NCBI GenBank assembly: GCA_965197925.1
Contig: CBDAOC010000015.1
Span: 1 to 64,000, forward strand
Length of the DNA stretch: 64,000 nt
Reading direction: 5' to 3'
From: Nitrososphaerales archaeon
GTDB lineage: Archaea; Thermoproteota; Nitrososphaeria; Nitrososphaerales; UBA213
Under the pieces are notes generated by a model. That model ran no database searches, had not been told where the DNA came from, and saw only the letters and a list, made by a program, of their open reading frames with translations. The number at the start of each line of letters is the position of its first letter. Position 1 is the first letter of the stretch. A program made the position numbers and the translations under genes. Shown here piece after piece: positions 9,116 through 20,094 of the stretch.

Positions 9116-9708
9116 ATGGCGAAAATGAATAAGGTTTCGTTGAGCAAACTAACAACATTTAACATTTTGGGTGTTACATTGCTAATGGCAGGAACAGCAG
9201 CTTACCAATAGCAAATACAGTCGAGTTTGAGTGCTCCCATCCAGGGAATAACATAGGAGGCTTTGCTACCGGAAGTGCCGAACATGTAGACGCTAACGTT
9301 TCGGTTGACGGCTTTTGTATAGTGTTCCCTAATGGCAGTGTAGATGACAATATTATCTTAGAAGATGGCGATAGACTATTGTTTAAAGGTCTTCTAGATG
9401 GTAACATAGAAGCAACAAACTGTGATAGAGTTATTGTCACCAGAGGGGCTACTATTGATGATGGAAACGTCATTGTTGAAGATTGTGAGAGCTCGAGGGC
9501 AGGTTCAGATGTACGTATCGGAATTCGAAAAGGAGTAGGTACCAACCCTGATAACACGACGATCATGGGAAATGTAGAGGTAATGGGCTCTGATTTGAGA
9601 CTAGGTAAATGGGCTGTAGTAGAAGGAAATGTCAATGTAGTGGACGGTGTTTGTTCAATTCACCCTGATGCTACAGTAATAGGTAACCTAGAAGGAACTT
9701 GCGCGTAG
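9116..9708 (+). pseudogene. Secreted beta-helix/bactofilin-like protein; signal peptide out of frame with mature domain
   Basis: ATG 9116 MAKMNKVSLSKLTTFNILGVTLLMAGTAA then shift into LPIANTVEFEC...; repeated GNV.V/GNI.A units. Confidence 0.5.
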
Positions 9709-9722
9709 ACACGAAATATCGT

Positions 9723-11471
9723 CAACTCATCTCAAAACCCTACAATACAAAGTCATCCCAATACTCTCCAATACATCATAATCGACGAAATGATAACAAA
9801 TGCCAGATAGTTTTGTGCATTCTTCTCATATCTGATCCTGGTTCTGTGGAACCCATTCTTCAACCAGGCAAAGAATCTCTCCACAACATAGCGCGTCTTG
9901 CCGTATAGGTATTGTTCTGTATTATCATTTTGTTGTTGTGTCTTACTGTTTTTTCTGTAAGGCATGCAGTCAGAGATTTTTCTTTTGGTGAGGTATTTCC
10001 TGATGAATTCTGCATCATAGCCCTTGTCTGCTTGGCACCGCGCAATTTTTCTGATAGATCTCTCATCCAGATATTGTGAGATGCCATCCATCACGTCTAC
10101 AAATCTGGGAGTCATGCTGATTTGCAGGACCCATCACTACTGAGACTGGCAGTCCGTTTTGTTCCACCGCAACGTGTATTTTTGTGCCTGAAATCCTGTT
10201 GAATCCGTTGTATCCTATGACGCTTCCCCTTTTTTGGCCGGAACTGATGACGAATCGACCGTTTTTTGCAGCTGCATCTTGCCTGATCTGTGGGCTGATT
10301 TGACTGCAGCGGAGAGGATATTCTTCCATATTCCACGTCGCTGCCAGTTCTGCAGTCTGCGGTGCGCAGTTGATTTGGAGCCGTACCTTTGTGACATCCC
10401 AGTCCACCTGCATCCTGTTATCCCGACAAACAGGATTCCGTTGACTGTCTTTCTGTCGTCTGCCCTTGGCCTTCCGGTTCTGGCTGGCTTGGGGAGATGC
10501 GGTGATATCATCTTCCATTGTTCACCTGTTATCTCCTGAAATTTCATGATCTGCTACGGGCAGCATTGCAAATAGATCCAAATGATCGTCAATTATTCAC
10601 TAAATGATCAGTTTTGGGATCAGCTGTACATCAAAAATGATGCAAGATTAACAAATGCCAGATAGTTTTCTGCCGTTCTTTCATACCTGATTCTTGTTCT
10701 GTGAAATCCATTCTTGAGCCATGCAAGGAATCTCTCAACTACAAATCTTGTCTTGTTGTAATGTTTGCAATCATTATTTTGCAAGATGAACTTGGAATTT
10801 ATTTTGTATGGGATGCAACATGCAATATTTCTATCCCACAAATACATTCTGATGTATTTTGCATCATTTTGTCTGCATAAACTGGTTCTATCTGTTGTAT
10901 TGAATCATCAAGATAGTCTGAAATTGATCCTGTAACATCCATGCATTTTGTACTGTCATGTTCATTTGCTGGACTCAGCAGTATGGATATTGGAAATCCG
11001 TTACCCTCTACTGCGGCATGTATTTTTGTACCTGTTATTCTCTTGAATCCATTATATCCAGTTACATTGCCCATTTTTTATTAGGAATGGATGAAGAGTC
11101 AGCTGATTTTTTTAGACTAATTTTGCCAGATTTATGTGCTGAGTGAATAGTACGCGATAGAATCTTTTTCCAGATTCCTTTTTGTTGCCATTTGTTTAAC
11201 CCTCTGTTTGCAGTAGAATCATCACCATATCTTTTTGGCATATCGTCCCATCGGCATCCAGTAGTTAGAACATGGATTATTCCGTTAATGATTTTTCTAT
11301 CATAATCCCTAGGCCTGCCAGTTTTTGCATGTGGTGGTATGTGTGATTCCATCATACTCCACTGTTTGTCTGATAATTCTTGGAATTTCATAAAATAATT
11401 TTAGATGTCGCTATTCATGGATCTAAATGGTCGCTAAAAATTGTCTAAATGGTTAGTTTTGAGATGAGTTG
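9723..11471 (-). mobile_element. IS5-family element, copy B (inverted near-identical copy of A), interrupted by nested IS C
   Basis: Same TIR at 9723-9738 and 11456-11471; ORFs 11062-11391, 10799-11074, 10620-10847 nearly identical to copy A. Confidence 0.95.
9749..10626 (-). mobile_element. IS5-family element C nested in the 3' end of copy B
   Basis: Imperfect TIRs AAAGTCATCCCAATAC / CAGCTGATCCCAAAAC; TAC duplicated at 9746-9748 and 10627-10629; ORFs 10215-10547 and 9753-10115; AAAAAAGGGG slippery site. Confidence 0.9.
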
Positions 11472-11605
11472 ATCATAACAGATCTATCTAATATTTTTAT
11501 TCAGTAATTAATGATATTACAAGTGTTGCACATCCATCCTTTCCGTCAATCTAGTTTTCGTGGTTTTTGTTCAAGGTATTATTCTTTCATTAAACAATAA
11601 TGAGG

Positions 11606-11914
11606 TTACTTGACCTCCTGTTCCATCCAATTCAACAGTTTCTCCTTTGCCTTCTGCTCCTTCTCTGAAAGCCAAGAAGAATCATCGATCTTCCACTGCT
11701 CTCTAGGAATTGCCTCGAATTCTTCCTGCATGAAGAGTGTGAAGTGAAGTCGTAGATCCATGGGTGCAACTACATAGGAATGCTTCTCCATAAGCAACTT
11801 TGCTATTGTATCAAATATACCGTTGTAATCCCTCTCCCTTGGAATTTTCTGGAGCATTTCATCAATCATATGCGAGATTTCATTGATTGTTTCCATATAT
11901 CCCATTCTACACAA
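11606..11914 (-). CDS. Hypothetical protein
   Basis: 102-aa ORF with protein-like helical composition. Confidence 0.5.
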   Translation of the reverse strand: MCRMGYMETINEISHMIDEMLQKIPRERDYNGIFDTIAKLLMEKHSYVVAPMDLRLHFTLFMQEEFEAIPREQWKIDDSSWLSEKEQKAKEKLLNWMEQEVK

Positions 11915-12169
11915 TGAATTTTAAAGTTGTTTATTATAATAACAGAGTAAATTTATAGTTAGCTAAGAAGCTAATAATTGTCAAACCATAAGACACAACC
12001 TTATATCATAATTAGCATCTTCCCACCGGATAATATTTTTGCCTTATGGAACTATTGATAGGATCTTTATGTCCACTAAATGACATTACTTGTATCTACT
12101 GTTAAAGGCTCCTATCGAATAGACTAAAACATCATCCCTCGCAATTAGAAACCAACTCTCCGTTGTGGC

Positions 12170-12372
12170 AAGTCATCTCCTCACCACCATTAAGTGTCTC
12201 CTCTCCATCTCCACCATCCAAAAAGTCCGAGTCATCCAGACATACTAGGGTATCATTATCTAAACCACCGAACAGTCGGTCATGGTCATCGCCCTCAGAT
12301 AGAAAGCCCTCACCCGGTCCATCATAAAATTAGTCATTATTTACACCACCTTATAACTGATCGATACCTTCA
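12170..12372 (-). pseudogene. Decayed RTX/hemolysin-type Ca-binding repeat gene remnant
   Basis: Minus-strand translation EGIDQL*GGVNND*FYDGPGEGFLSEGDDHDRLFGGLDNDTL...DGGDGEETLNGGEE with stops and a shift. Confidence 0.6.
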
Positions 12373-12783
12373 CTTTTGGTCTGAAAAGTGGTCAGTTGTT
12401 CTATATCCCCAATAATAGGAGTGAAGCATCAAATTTCAATCTACCAATTAATCGTTGTCTACACATTAACACCAATTCCATCTAATATGGTTTGTACCAA
12501 AAAATGCTTGGGTTAGTGTTTTCTCCCCAGTTTGGGCATAGGTTCCAACTTTTCTGCATCTAGGGGCAGGTCATCAGTATTATCGCTTTCTATTATTCCT
12601 CTAGAAACACGGGGAAAATCGTCAATCTTGAGAATGAAAGTTAATATCTATAGATATTAACCACAACAAATTGGTCATATTCATTGCAAGTTGCTACATA
12701 ATGTTCATAATTCTATTGCAGGGGATAGGGGAAGGTACTGCAAAGCAGAAATTTATTTATTAAACATCTCTACCACATATGGT

Positions 12784-13137
12784 ATGGATTATGATAGTCT
12801 TTGTAAAGAGATATTGAACTTAGATCCTAAGGTTCGTTTTGTAGGTGTATGTGATGAGACTGGAGAGAGAAAGCATGGAGGTCAGAGAGAAGGTGTAGTG
12901 AATTTGCTAAGTCTTGAAGAAAGCAAGAAATCAATGCTACAAGCGGTGGCTAGATGGGGATTCCGTAACTCTATTGAGCCTAAGATTGGTAAAGGTAAGT
13001 ATTCTATGACTGAATATGAGAAAATAAAGCGCATCACTGTGCCCTTGGATGAAACTCATTTACTTCTGATAACAGTGGAAGTGGATGCTGATCATGCAAG
13101 GCTAATAGACAAAGTTATAAAGATAACAAAAGGCTAA
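12784..13137 (+). CDS. DUF6659/roadblock-like thaumarchaeal protein
   Basis: MDYDSLCKEILNLDPKVRFVGVC...GKGKYSMTEYEKIKRITVPL; start moved to ATG 12784. Confidence 0.7.
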   Translation: MDYDSLCKEILNLDPKVRFVGVCDETGERKHGGQREGVVNLLSLEESKKSMLQAVARWGFRNSIEPKIGKGKYSMTEYEKIKRITVPLDETHLLLITVEVDADHARLIDKVIKITKG

Positions 13138-13555
13138 ATTAACAGTTAATGATGGCGTGGTTCTGAAGTTTGTAGCGTTCATATTATGCCTCCGAGAGTG
13201 TGAATGTTGAACGAATCTTTGATAATATTCTAATCTTTCATCTAATAAAATCCTTCAGCTACGTGAGGGTTCTGGACTAGCAATTCTAAAAGTTTGAATA
13301 ACCTTGTATAGAACTTTCAATACTAATCACAACCAGAGCCGTATTCTAAAAGAAATGCTTGCAAACAACGCCATTTGCAAGGTTATCTTTGCCGTTAAAA
13401 AACCAAGTATCGAAAGTGCCTTTTCTTATTCGGTAATCAGAGAATAAGCTCAATACAATAGGTCAGCCCCACATACGACTATCTGAAAATGCAACCGTTT
13501 ACTATGATGAAATCAGAGCCAATATCTGGACCTGCTAGAAGATTATGATTGTGTC

Positions 13556-13789
13556 TCACTTTTCAGTTACAATCAATGCTAGGGTCGAGCGAACCTGAGG
13601 AATCTTCCTAATTTTCCATGTTATAGTGTTCTTTAGTTCTTCCATGTTAATTGATCCCAAAGTTACTATAATATCATAGGCCCCGTATATTACCTCGACT
13701 TGTTTAACACCATCAATTCCCTTCATCTCTTTAATTATTTCCCCCTCTGAACCCTGATCACAATTTATCAGTACATAGGCTGGTGGCAT
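13556..13789 (-). CDS. Stand-alone Lrp/AsnC ligand-binding (RAM) domain protein
   Basis: AYVLINCD.G.E...GV..V..IYGAYDIIV...IRKIPQVRSTL; start moved to ATG 13789. Confidence 0.85.
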   Translation of the reverse strand: MPPAYVLINCDQGSEGEIIKEMKGIDGVKQVEVIYGAYDIIVTLGSINMEELKNTITWKIRKIPQVRSTLALIVTEK

Positions 13790-14167
13790 ATATTTTAAAA
13801 AGAAATGTGATATATATGGATTTAATAGTGTTAAAAAACTAAAATAGGGAGACGAGACGGCGGAATTCGTATTTCCAGAAAACCCTTCATGTCCTTTGAC
13901 TATGACATTCATTTTTTTACATGACCTCCTGAAAACTATTTCCATATTGCAGTTTAATATTTCCCAATAGAACTTTTCAAAAATGTAAATAAACTCTTGT
14001 ACCCAGTTTATATAGAAATTTTAATATATATAATTAAATTTTATTACATTTATCCATATTTTTAAATTGTTGGTAAGATATGATAAAGGTTTTCAGTTTT
14101 ACTCTTAGCTTCTAAATTATAACATCAAAATTAACAAATATAAAAGAGTTGGTGGTAATTATATGAT

Positions 14168-14557
14168 ATGATTCACTTGTTCAAAAAACCGTTTTACCTC
14201 ATAGCTTTTGTGGTTTCGTCATCTGTAATTACAGCTTTCATGGCAGCATATAGATGGCTATCTGGTGTCTTTAACGTAAAGGATTTAGCTATTATCATAG
14301 CTATGTTTGCGGTGTTATTCTTTATGGTCTTTATTATAATGAACCTCAAGACTATAAAACCTCCAAAAAACTACACTCTAGAAGTATACAACACATTAGG
14401 GGAGAAGGACGATCTGAACTTCAGAAAGGACTTTAGGAATTACGATGTTGCTTCCAGTTACATGCTGATGTATAGAAAGATGTATCCCAAGTATACCTTC
14501 ATTCTTGTATCCTACAATAAAGGTACCAAGAAGACAGTTCATAGGTACATCGAATAG
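14168..14557 (+). CDS. Hypothetical membrane protein (2 TM)
   Basis: Two hydrophobic segments followed by a soluble tail. Confidence 0.55.
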   Translation: MIHLFKKPFYLIAFVVSSSVITAFMAAYRWLSGVFNVKDLAIIIAMFAVLFFMVFIIMNLKTIKPPKNYTLEVYNTLGEKDDLNFRKDFRNYDVASSYMLMYRKMYPKYTFILVSYNKGTKKTVHRYIE

Positions 14558-14626
14558 CCAAAAAAATCCTTGAGTGACTTTATCTTCTATGTAGCTGATT
14601 GATTTATAATGTTGGAGCTGTAAAAA

Positions 14627-17314
14627 TTATTCTTTTCTTCCAACAACAACTTTTACTATCTCTGAATATACAAAGGTGACGGGTGTTAGTATAAAGATCA
14701 GTATCCAATCTGACAGTCCCAATGCAACCAGATCGAATATTTCCATTAATGGGACATGATTCATGATAAAGAGGGTGACCAGTGATTGTCCAATTACTGA
14801 ATATACCAGCAGTCTGTTGCTGAAAAAGCCGAGTGTTGTGATACTGCGCCTTAGTGACCTACAGGATAGTGCAAAGAATATCTCCTCAAAGACTATAAAT
14901 CCGAAGACCATAGTTCTAGCTTTATCAACGGCAAATTCTGTCCATCCGTTAACTTCAAGAACATGCCAAAAGAGAAGTATCGACATTGCTCCTATGAGAA
15001 TGGATACTCCCACAAACCACGGTAGCGTATTACTAAAGATGCCTTCCTTTGGATTCCGCGGCTTTCGTTTCATCACGTCTGGTTCCGTTGGTTCCATACC
15101 CAATGCTATTGCAGGAGACCCGTCAGTAGCCAAGTTGATGTAAAGTATGTGTTTAGCCAGCAAAGGAAGTGGCATACCCATCATAACTCCAAGAGCAAAA
15201 AGAATGATCTCGCCTATGTTTACTGGTAAAAGGTAGACAAGATATTTCTTAACATTATCCATTATTCTCCTTCCTTCTCTAACAGCAGAGACTATGCTTG
15301 CGAAGTTATCATCTGTAAGTACAATCGACGCTGCTTCCTTGGTCACCTGGGTTCCTGTTATCCCCATTGCAATTCCGATATCAGAAGCTTTCAGAGCTGC
15401 TGCATCATTAATTCCATCTCCCGTCATTGCAACTATATGGGACTTGCTTTTCAATGCTTGTACGATTTTTAGTTTATGTTCTGGAGACACCCTCGCAAAT
15501 ACCTTGATTTCTTCAAGCTTCTTCTGTAGCGATGGAATATCAATTTCTTCAAGTTCCTCGCCAGACATACTTGAAGTTCTATCCGTTATTCCGATCTCCT
15601 TTGCAACAGCCTCTGCTGTCAATTTGTGATCACCGGTTATCATGATAACATCTATGCCAGCACTTTTGCATTGTTTAACAGCGTCTATTACTTCGGATCT
15701 TGGAGGATCCATCATACCCACGAGTCCAATAAATGTTAGATCACTTTCCACATACTGTTTATCAAAGTTATTCGTATCAAGTTTCTTGTATGCAAGCGCC
15801 AAGACGCGCAAGCCACTTGATGCCATCTCGTTGTTCACGGATAGAATTTTTGCTATCATTTTCTCGTCCAATTTGCCTAGACCACCCTGTACAATAACTG
15901 AGCAGCAATGTTCCATAACAGTCTCAATGGCACCCTTCATGAATGAAAAATACTCATTATTGATTTTGTTTACCGTTGTCATTCTCTTTCTTTCAGAGCT
16001 GAATTGAACTTCGGAGACACGAGGAAACTCTACATCAAACTTATCCTTCAATAATCCAACCTTACTTGCCAGAACAACAAGAGCAGCTTCTGTTGGGTCT
16101 CCAATTGATGTATGCTTCCCATTAACGAACTTAACTCTAGCATCATTGCATAAGGCTGCTGCCTTTACCAATAAAATAAGACTGGTCTCGTTTAATTCCC
16201 AACCAACTATGCTTCCTTCGTTACTATAGCCTACACCAGTAACATCGGCAAATCTATCACATAAGTAGATTTTTCGCACGGTCATCTCACCCTTGGTTAA
16301 AGTGCCGGTCTTATCACTGCAGATCACCGTGGTGGAACCCAGAGTCTCCACTGCTGGCAGCCTTCTTACTATCGCGTTTTGTTTTGCCATTTTGTAAACG
16401 CCAATGGTTAGTGAAGCAGCTACCACAGCTGGCAATGCTTCAGGTACTGCAGCAACAGCAAGGCTGATTCCCCAGATCAGCATCTCAAGTATTGCATGCC
16501 CGCGCAGAAAAGCTACTGCACTGATAAGACCAGCAACTACTAACATGACAATGCTTAACAGCTTACCAATCTCTCTTATCCTGATTTCAAAAGGTGTTTT
16601 TCCAATCTCTATTGTCTGAACTGCACCTGCGATCTTGCCGAGTTCAGTATCCATGCCAGTAGCGAATACAACCGCCTTGCCCTTACCATGTGTTACCGAT
16701 GTGATCATATGTAGTATGTTTCTTCTATCGGCAATCTGCGTTTCCTTTGGCAATCTTTCAATACGCTTCTCTACAGGTATAGATTCACCAGTAAGTGAAG
16801 CCTCATCAATTTCAAGGTCAAAAGGTTCGAGGAGGTATGCATCTGCAGGTATCCTGTCACCCACTGAAACAAGAATCATGTCGCCCGGAACCAATTCTGC
16901 CGCATCAATAGCCCTTTCTTCCCCATTGCGAATAACAATAACAGTTGGCGCAGCCATTTTCTTCAGGGCTGCTATTGCATTCTCAGATCTAAATTCCTGC
17001 ACAAAGCCCACAATCGTTGCAAGTATTACTATTGAAATAATTACAATTGCATCGATCAACTCATCAACAAGTGCGGAAATAGCCGTTGCTACAAGTAGTA
17101 TTATTATGAGTGGCTCCTTGAACTGCTTTGCAAATATAGCTATTGGGGATCTTTTCTTCTCCTCCACGATCTCATTATAACCGTACAGGGAGAGTCTTTG
17201 CTTTGCTTCTGCATCTGTTAACCCATTAGGTCGAGTGTGCAAAATTTGTAACATTTCTTCCGCTGATAAAGTATGCCAATCGACATTCTTGGAATGAAGT
17301 GCAGTATGGGCCAT
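14627..17314 (-). CDS. Cation-transporting P-type ATPase (type II, Ca2+-like)
   Basis: TGES, PEALP, DKTGTLT, TGDGINDA motifs. Confidence 0.95.
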   Translation of the reverse strand: MAHTALHSKNVDWHTLSAEEMLQILHTRPNGLTDAEAKQRLSLYGYNEIVEEKKRSPIAIFAKQFKEPLIIILLVATAISALVDELIDAIVIISIVILATIVGFVQEFRSENAIAALKKMAAPTVIVIRNGEERAIDAAELVPGDMILVSVGDRIPADAYLLEPFDLEIDEASLTGESIPVEKRIERLPKETQIADRRNILHMITSVTHGKGKAVVFATGMDTELGKIAGAVQTIEIGKTPFEIRIREIGKLLSIVMLVVAGLISAVAFLRGHAILEMLIWGISLAVAAVPEALPAVVAASLTIGVYKMAKQNAIVRRLPAVETLGSTTVICSDKTGTLTKGEMTVRKIYLCDRFADVTGVGYSNEGSIVGWELNETSLILLVKAAALCNDARVKFVNGKHTSIGDPTEAALVVLASKVGLLKDKFDVEFPRVSEVQFSSERKRMTTVNKINNEYFSFMKGAIETVMEHCCSVIVQGGLGKLDEKMIAKILSVNNEMASSGLRVLALAYKKLDTNNFDKQYVESDLTFIGLVGMMDPPRSEVIDAVKQCKSAGIDVIMITGDHKLTAEAVAKEIGITDRTSSMSGEELEEIDIPSLQKKLEEIKVFARVSPEHKLKIVQALKSKSHIVAMTGDGINDAAALKASDIGIAMGITGTQVTKEAASIVLTDDNFASIVSAVREGRRIMDNVKKYLVYLLPVNIGEIILFALGVMMGMPLPLLAKHILYINLATDGSPAIALGMEPTEPDVMKRKPRNPKEGIFSNTLPWFVGVSILIGAMSILLFWHVLEVNGWTEFAVDKARTMVFGFIVFEEIFFALSCRSLRRSITTLGFFSNRLLVYSVIGQSLVTLFIMNHVPLMEIFDLVALGLSDWILIFILTPVTFVYSEIVKVVVGRKE

Positions 17315-17534
17315 CTACCAGGTGTTCACTTCAAAGGTAATAATTATTTCTCGATTCATTGCCACATGAGAAGAAAACATAAGGATTAAGGTCTTGCAGT
17401 TGACACAAGGTCAAGACAGCATACGATCATAAGAGAATGAATGAATTTTTTATTGGATGCTACCCAAATAGGGGTTGATTCAGATACTAAATTATCTTTG
17501 GTTAAGATGGGATTCAAGAGAATGGCGCAGGAAG

Positions 17535-18428
17535 TTACCTTACAGTTCTTCCAAGCCAATCCAAGATAACTCGAGAGAGCATAACCTCTTTGTTAGTGAA
17601 ATTATGATCTGCTCCTTTTATGATTCTCCACTTGAACAGTGGAGAATCACTGTTATTTTCCAGTATTTTCATGTGTTCACTCGCAGGCTTTGTGAGATGT
17701 ACATCCCTTTCTCCAAATACGGCTAATACAGGAGATCTGATTTCACTAAACTCTTTCAGGTCAGAATCATAATTGTAAAGTCTTGCCTCGACGTTACTTA
17801 GATCAGCATAGCTCAAGAATCTCCTTGCAGTATGGTAAGAAATCCATTTCGGAGTAAGTTCATCGCCCTTTTGCTTTTTGATCATCTCTTTACATATTGC
17901 AACAGCTTCATTGAACTTTCTACCTAATCTTCTTCTTGCTAGATTGTAATCATCAGCGGGAGCAAGTATAGCAAGGGCTTTTACCCTAGAGTCTAACGTT
18001 TTATGTTGATAATATGTTATCTTCTGACATCCTGTACTATGTCCTTGTAAAATAATACTTCTATAACCCAAATTTTCAAGTATTTCTACAGTTCCTCCTA
18101 AATCATGAATACAATCCTCAAATTTCTCCCTAGCAGTACCGAGAAAGGTCCTCCTATCGTTATTTTTGAATATGAATAACGGAGCCAGTCCTCTATTGGA
18201 AGGAAGAAATAAATCAAATTTAGACCCTTTGATCTGTTCGGCTAGCCTCCAGTAAATATTAGAAGAAAAAAAGTCATCGTTCATTCCAAAAACGTGTAAG
18301 ATAATATTCCTATTCTTCCTTTTAGATCGAATTAAGAATCCGTTCAATTCTAATCCATCTTTTGCCTGGAATTTGATAAGTTCTCCTTTGATTTTATTGA
18401 TTTTTTTACTCATCGCCAGTAACCACAA
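17535..18428 (-). CDS. Alpha/beta hydrolase (DUF1749-like)
   Basis: GHSTGCQK nucleophile elbow, GERD and GADH. Confidence 0.8.
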   Translation of the reverse strand: MWLLAMSKKINKIKGELIKFQAKDGLELNGFLIRSKRKNRNIILHVFGMNDDFFSSNIYWRLAEQIKGSKFDLFLPSNRGLAPLFIFKNNDRRTFLGTAREKFEDCIHDLGGTVEILENLGYRSIILQGHSTGCQKITYYQHKTLDSRVKALAILAPADDYNLARRRLGRKFNEAVAICKEMIKKQKGDELTPKWISYHTARRFLSYADLSNVEARLYNYDSDLKEFSEIRSPVLAVFGERDVHLTKPASEHMKILENNSDSPLFKWRIIKGADHNFTNKEVMLSRVILDWLGRTVR

Positions 18429-18917
18429 TCAGTTAGTGTGGAACTTATAATGGTTAACAATTCAATTATGTGGTTTGAACCTTGTAGTTGTTAAATTACC
18501 TCCCTCCTTTTAACACATATTCGAATAAATTTCTAGCATAGAATTGTTTCAATAATCATCAAAAGCAAAGTCCTTAAGCTCTCGGATAGATTCTGTCCCC
18601 GTATTAGTGTTGTTGGATTGTCGGGAACCACAACTATTGATGATGTTGAACCTGAGGAAGTTCCTGAAGCTACAGTGCCAATAGGCATCTTCCCCGTGTT
18701 CTTAGGAATAAGTTTCCAATGCTTCTGGTCATATTTCTAATATATTTGAGATTTTATGTCATACAACGATCTACTTGGGTGAACGACGATACCTTTCCGG
18801 ATTCCTAAAAATCATTGCTCCCTTGTCAGTTCTTTAATTAATGATTTTCCGACAACCTTTTTGGGCATTCACTATACAAACAAATAAGATTTTAATAAAT
18901 TCCATGACTGAGGTTAT

Positions 18918-20000
18918 TCAAACAGTAATCACTTCATCGATGGTAAGATTCATCGCAGCTTCGCCTATATCGCTCGAGTATTCCGCAGTCCTTCTAATAT
19001 CTTCAAGTACAAGCTTATAATTACCCACATTGTTCTGACGGCTTTTTGTAATTATTTCAAGAGCATCTTCTTCCAACTTATTAACAATACTCGCCTTCTC
19101 TGCAACCTTATCTGCAAGTGCGTAATTGCGCCTCAGGAGAGATTCAATAGAATCCTCAAAAACAGACAAAGCATGATTACTCATTTCAACCATTTTTTCT
19201 GTGAGCTTCGGACCGGGTTTTTCCTTGACCTCACTTACTCTAGAAGCTATAGAGGTGGCATGATCGGCAATCCTCTCAACACTTTTAACAGCAACCCTAT
19301 AGATTAGGCAGTCAGAAGGATTCTTCAAGCCAACCTCTCTTAGGATTTTTCCATTCTGAGTTGCCAACACGAGGATGCGCATTATATAGAGGCCAAAGCG
19401 GTCTACTTCATCGTCAGAGTTTACCACACCGCTGGCCAGTTCGAGATTAAATTCTCTCAAGGCAGCAACAGCTTCTCTATGCATTGATGAGGTAATTAGA
19501 AACATTCTTCTCAGTGCCGTACCCACAGACAATTCTGGCAGGCTCATCAACACCTGTATTGTGATGTGGTCTGACGAGTCTGCGATTATCTCTGTTCCGA
19601 CCAGATTTCTTCGAACCACCTCTCTTATAGCATCTCTTTGCTGTGGTGTGATTCTACCCGTCTTAGACCTTATGTGTATCACATTGTAACCTGTTAGATA
19701 GATAGAGATTATCATCCTCTTCAGGGAATTGGCACTTTGGTTTTGAGATGTTATTACTGCCGCTTCACCTGTTTTCGAGGACTTCGTAACATTGTTCGGC
19801 AGTAGCAGTAGAGAGTTGTTGACCTGCCTAACGACTGTGACAGCATCTCCAGCCTTCAAATCCATTTCCTCCATCCATTTTTTAGGGAGTGATACAATGT
19901 ATGAGGACCTGCCCGTGAACTGTATCTTCCTCACTTCTTTATCTGTAACAATCACAATACTGCTATGTGAAGGCGAGGCATTTATACACGTTATGGTCAT
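18918..20000 (-). CDS. Archaeal phosphate uptake regulator (AbrB + PhoU domains); probable start GTG at 19955
   Basis: RKIQFTGRSSYIVSLPKKW, DDEVDRF, ERIADHA; divergent from pstS. Confidence 0.9.
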   Translation of the reverse strand: MTITCINASPSHSSIVIVTDKEVRKIQFTGRSSYIVSLPKKWMEEMDLKAGDAVTVVRQVNNSLLLLPNNVTKSSKTGEAAVITSQNQSANSLKRMIISIYLTGYNVIHIRSKTGRITPQQRDAIREVVRRNLVGTEIIADSSDHITIQVLMSLPELSVGTALRRMFLITSSMHREAVAALREFNLELASGVVNSDDEVDRFGLYIMRILVLATQNGKILREVGLKNPSDCLIYRVAVKSVERIADHATSIASRVSEVKEKPGPKLTEKMVEMSNHALSVFEDSIESLLRRNYALADKVAEKASIVNKLEEDALEIITKSRQNNVGNYKLVLEDIRRTAEYSSDIGEAAMNLTIDEVITV

Positions 20001-20002
20001 AT

Positions 20003-20042
20003 TCTATATAGATCTATAGTAGATCATATAGTGTCATAGATC
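20003..20042. promoter_or_regulatory. Candidate operator between regulator and pstS
   Basis: Palindromes TCTATATAGA (20003-20012) and TATAGATCTATA (20007-20018); TAGATC at 20009, 20020, 20037. Confidence 0.4.
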
Positions 20043-20094
20043 CAAGATGATTCACTTGCATTAACATGATATACGACTTTCTGCCCTGCACAAA

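Noticed and set aside
12194..12415. His-rich + strand ORF
   Set aside because: Antisense shadow of Gly/Asp codons of the RTX remnant.
14763..17180. Several + strand ORFs inside the P-type ATPase (similar shadows in pst, sbtA, ALDH, acc, rpiA)
   Set aside because: Antisense shadows of well-supported genes.
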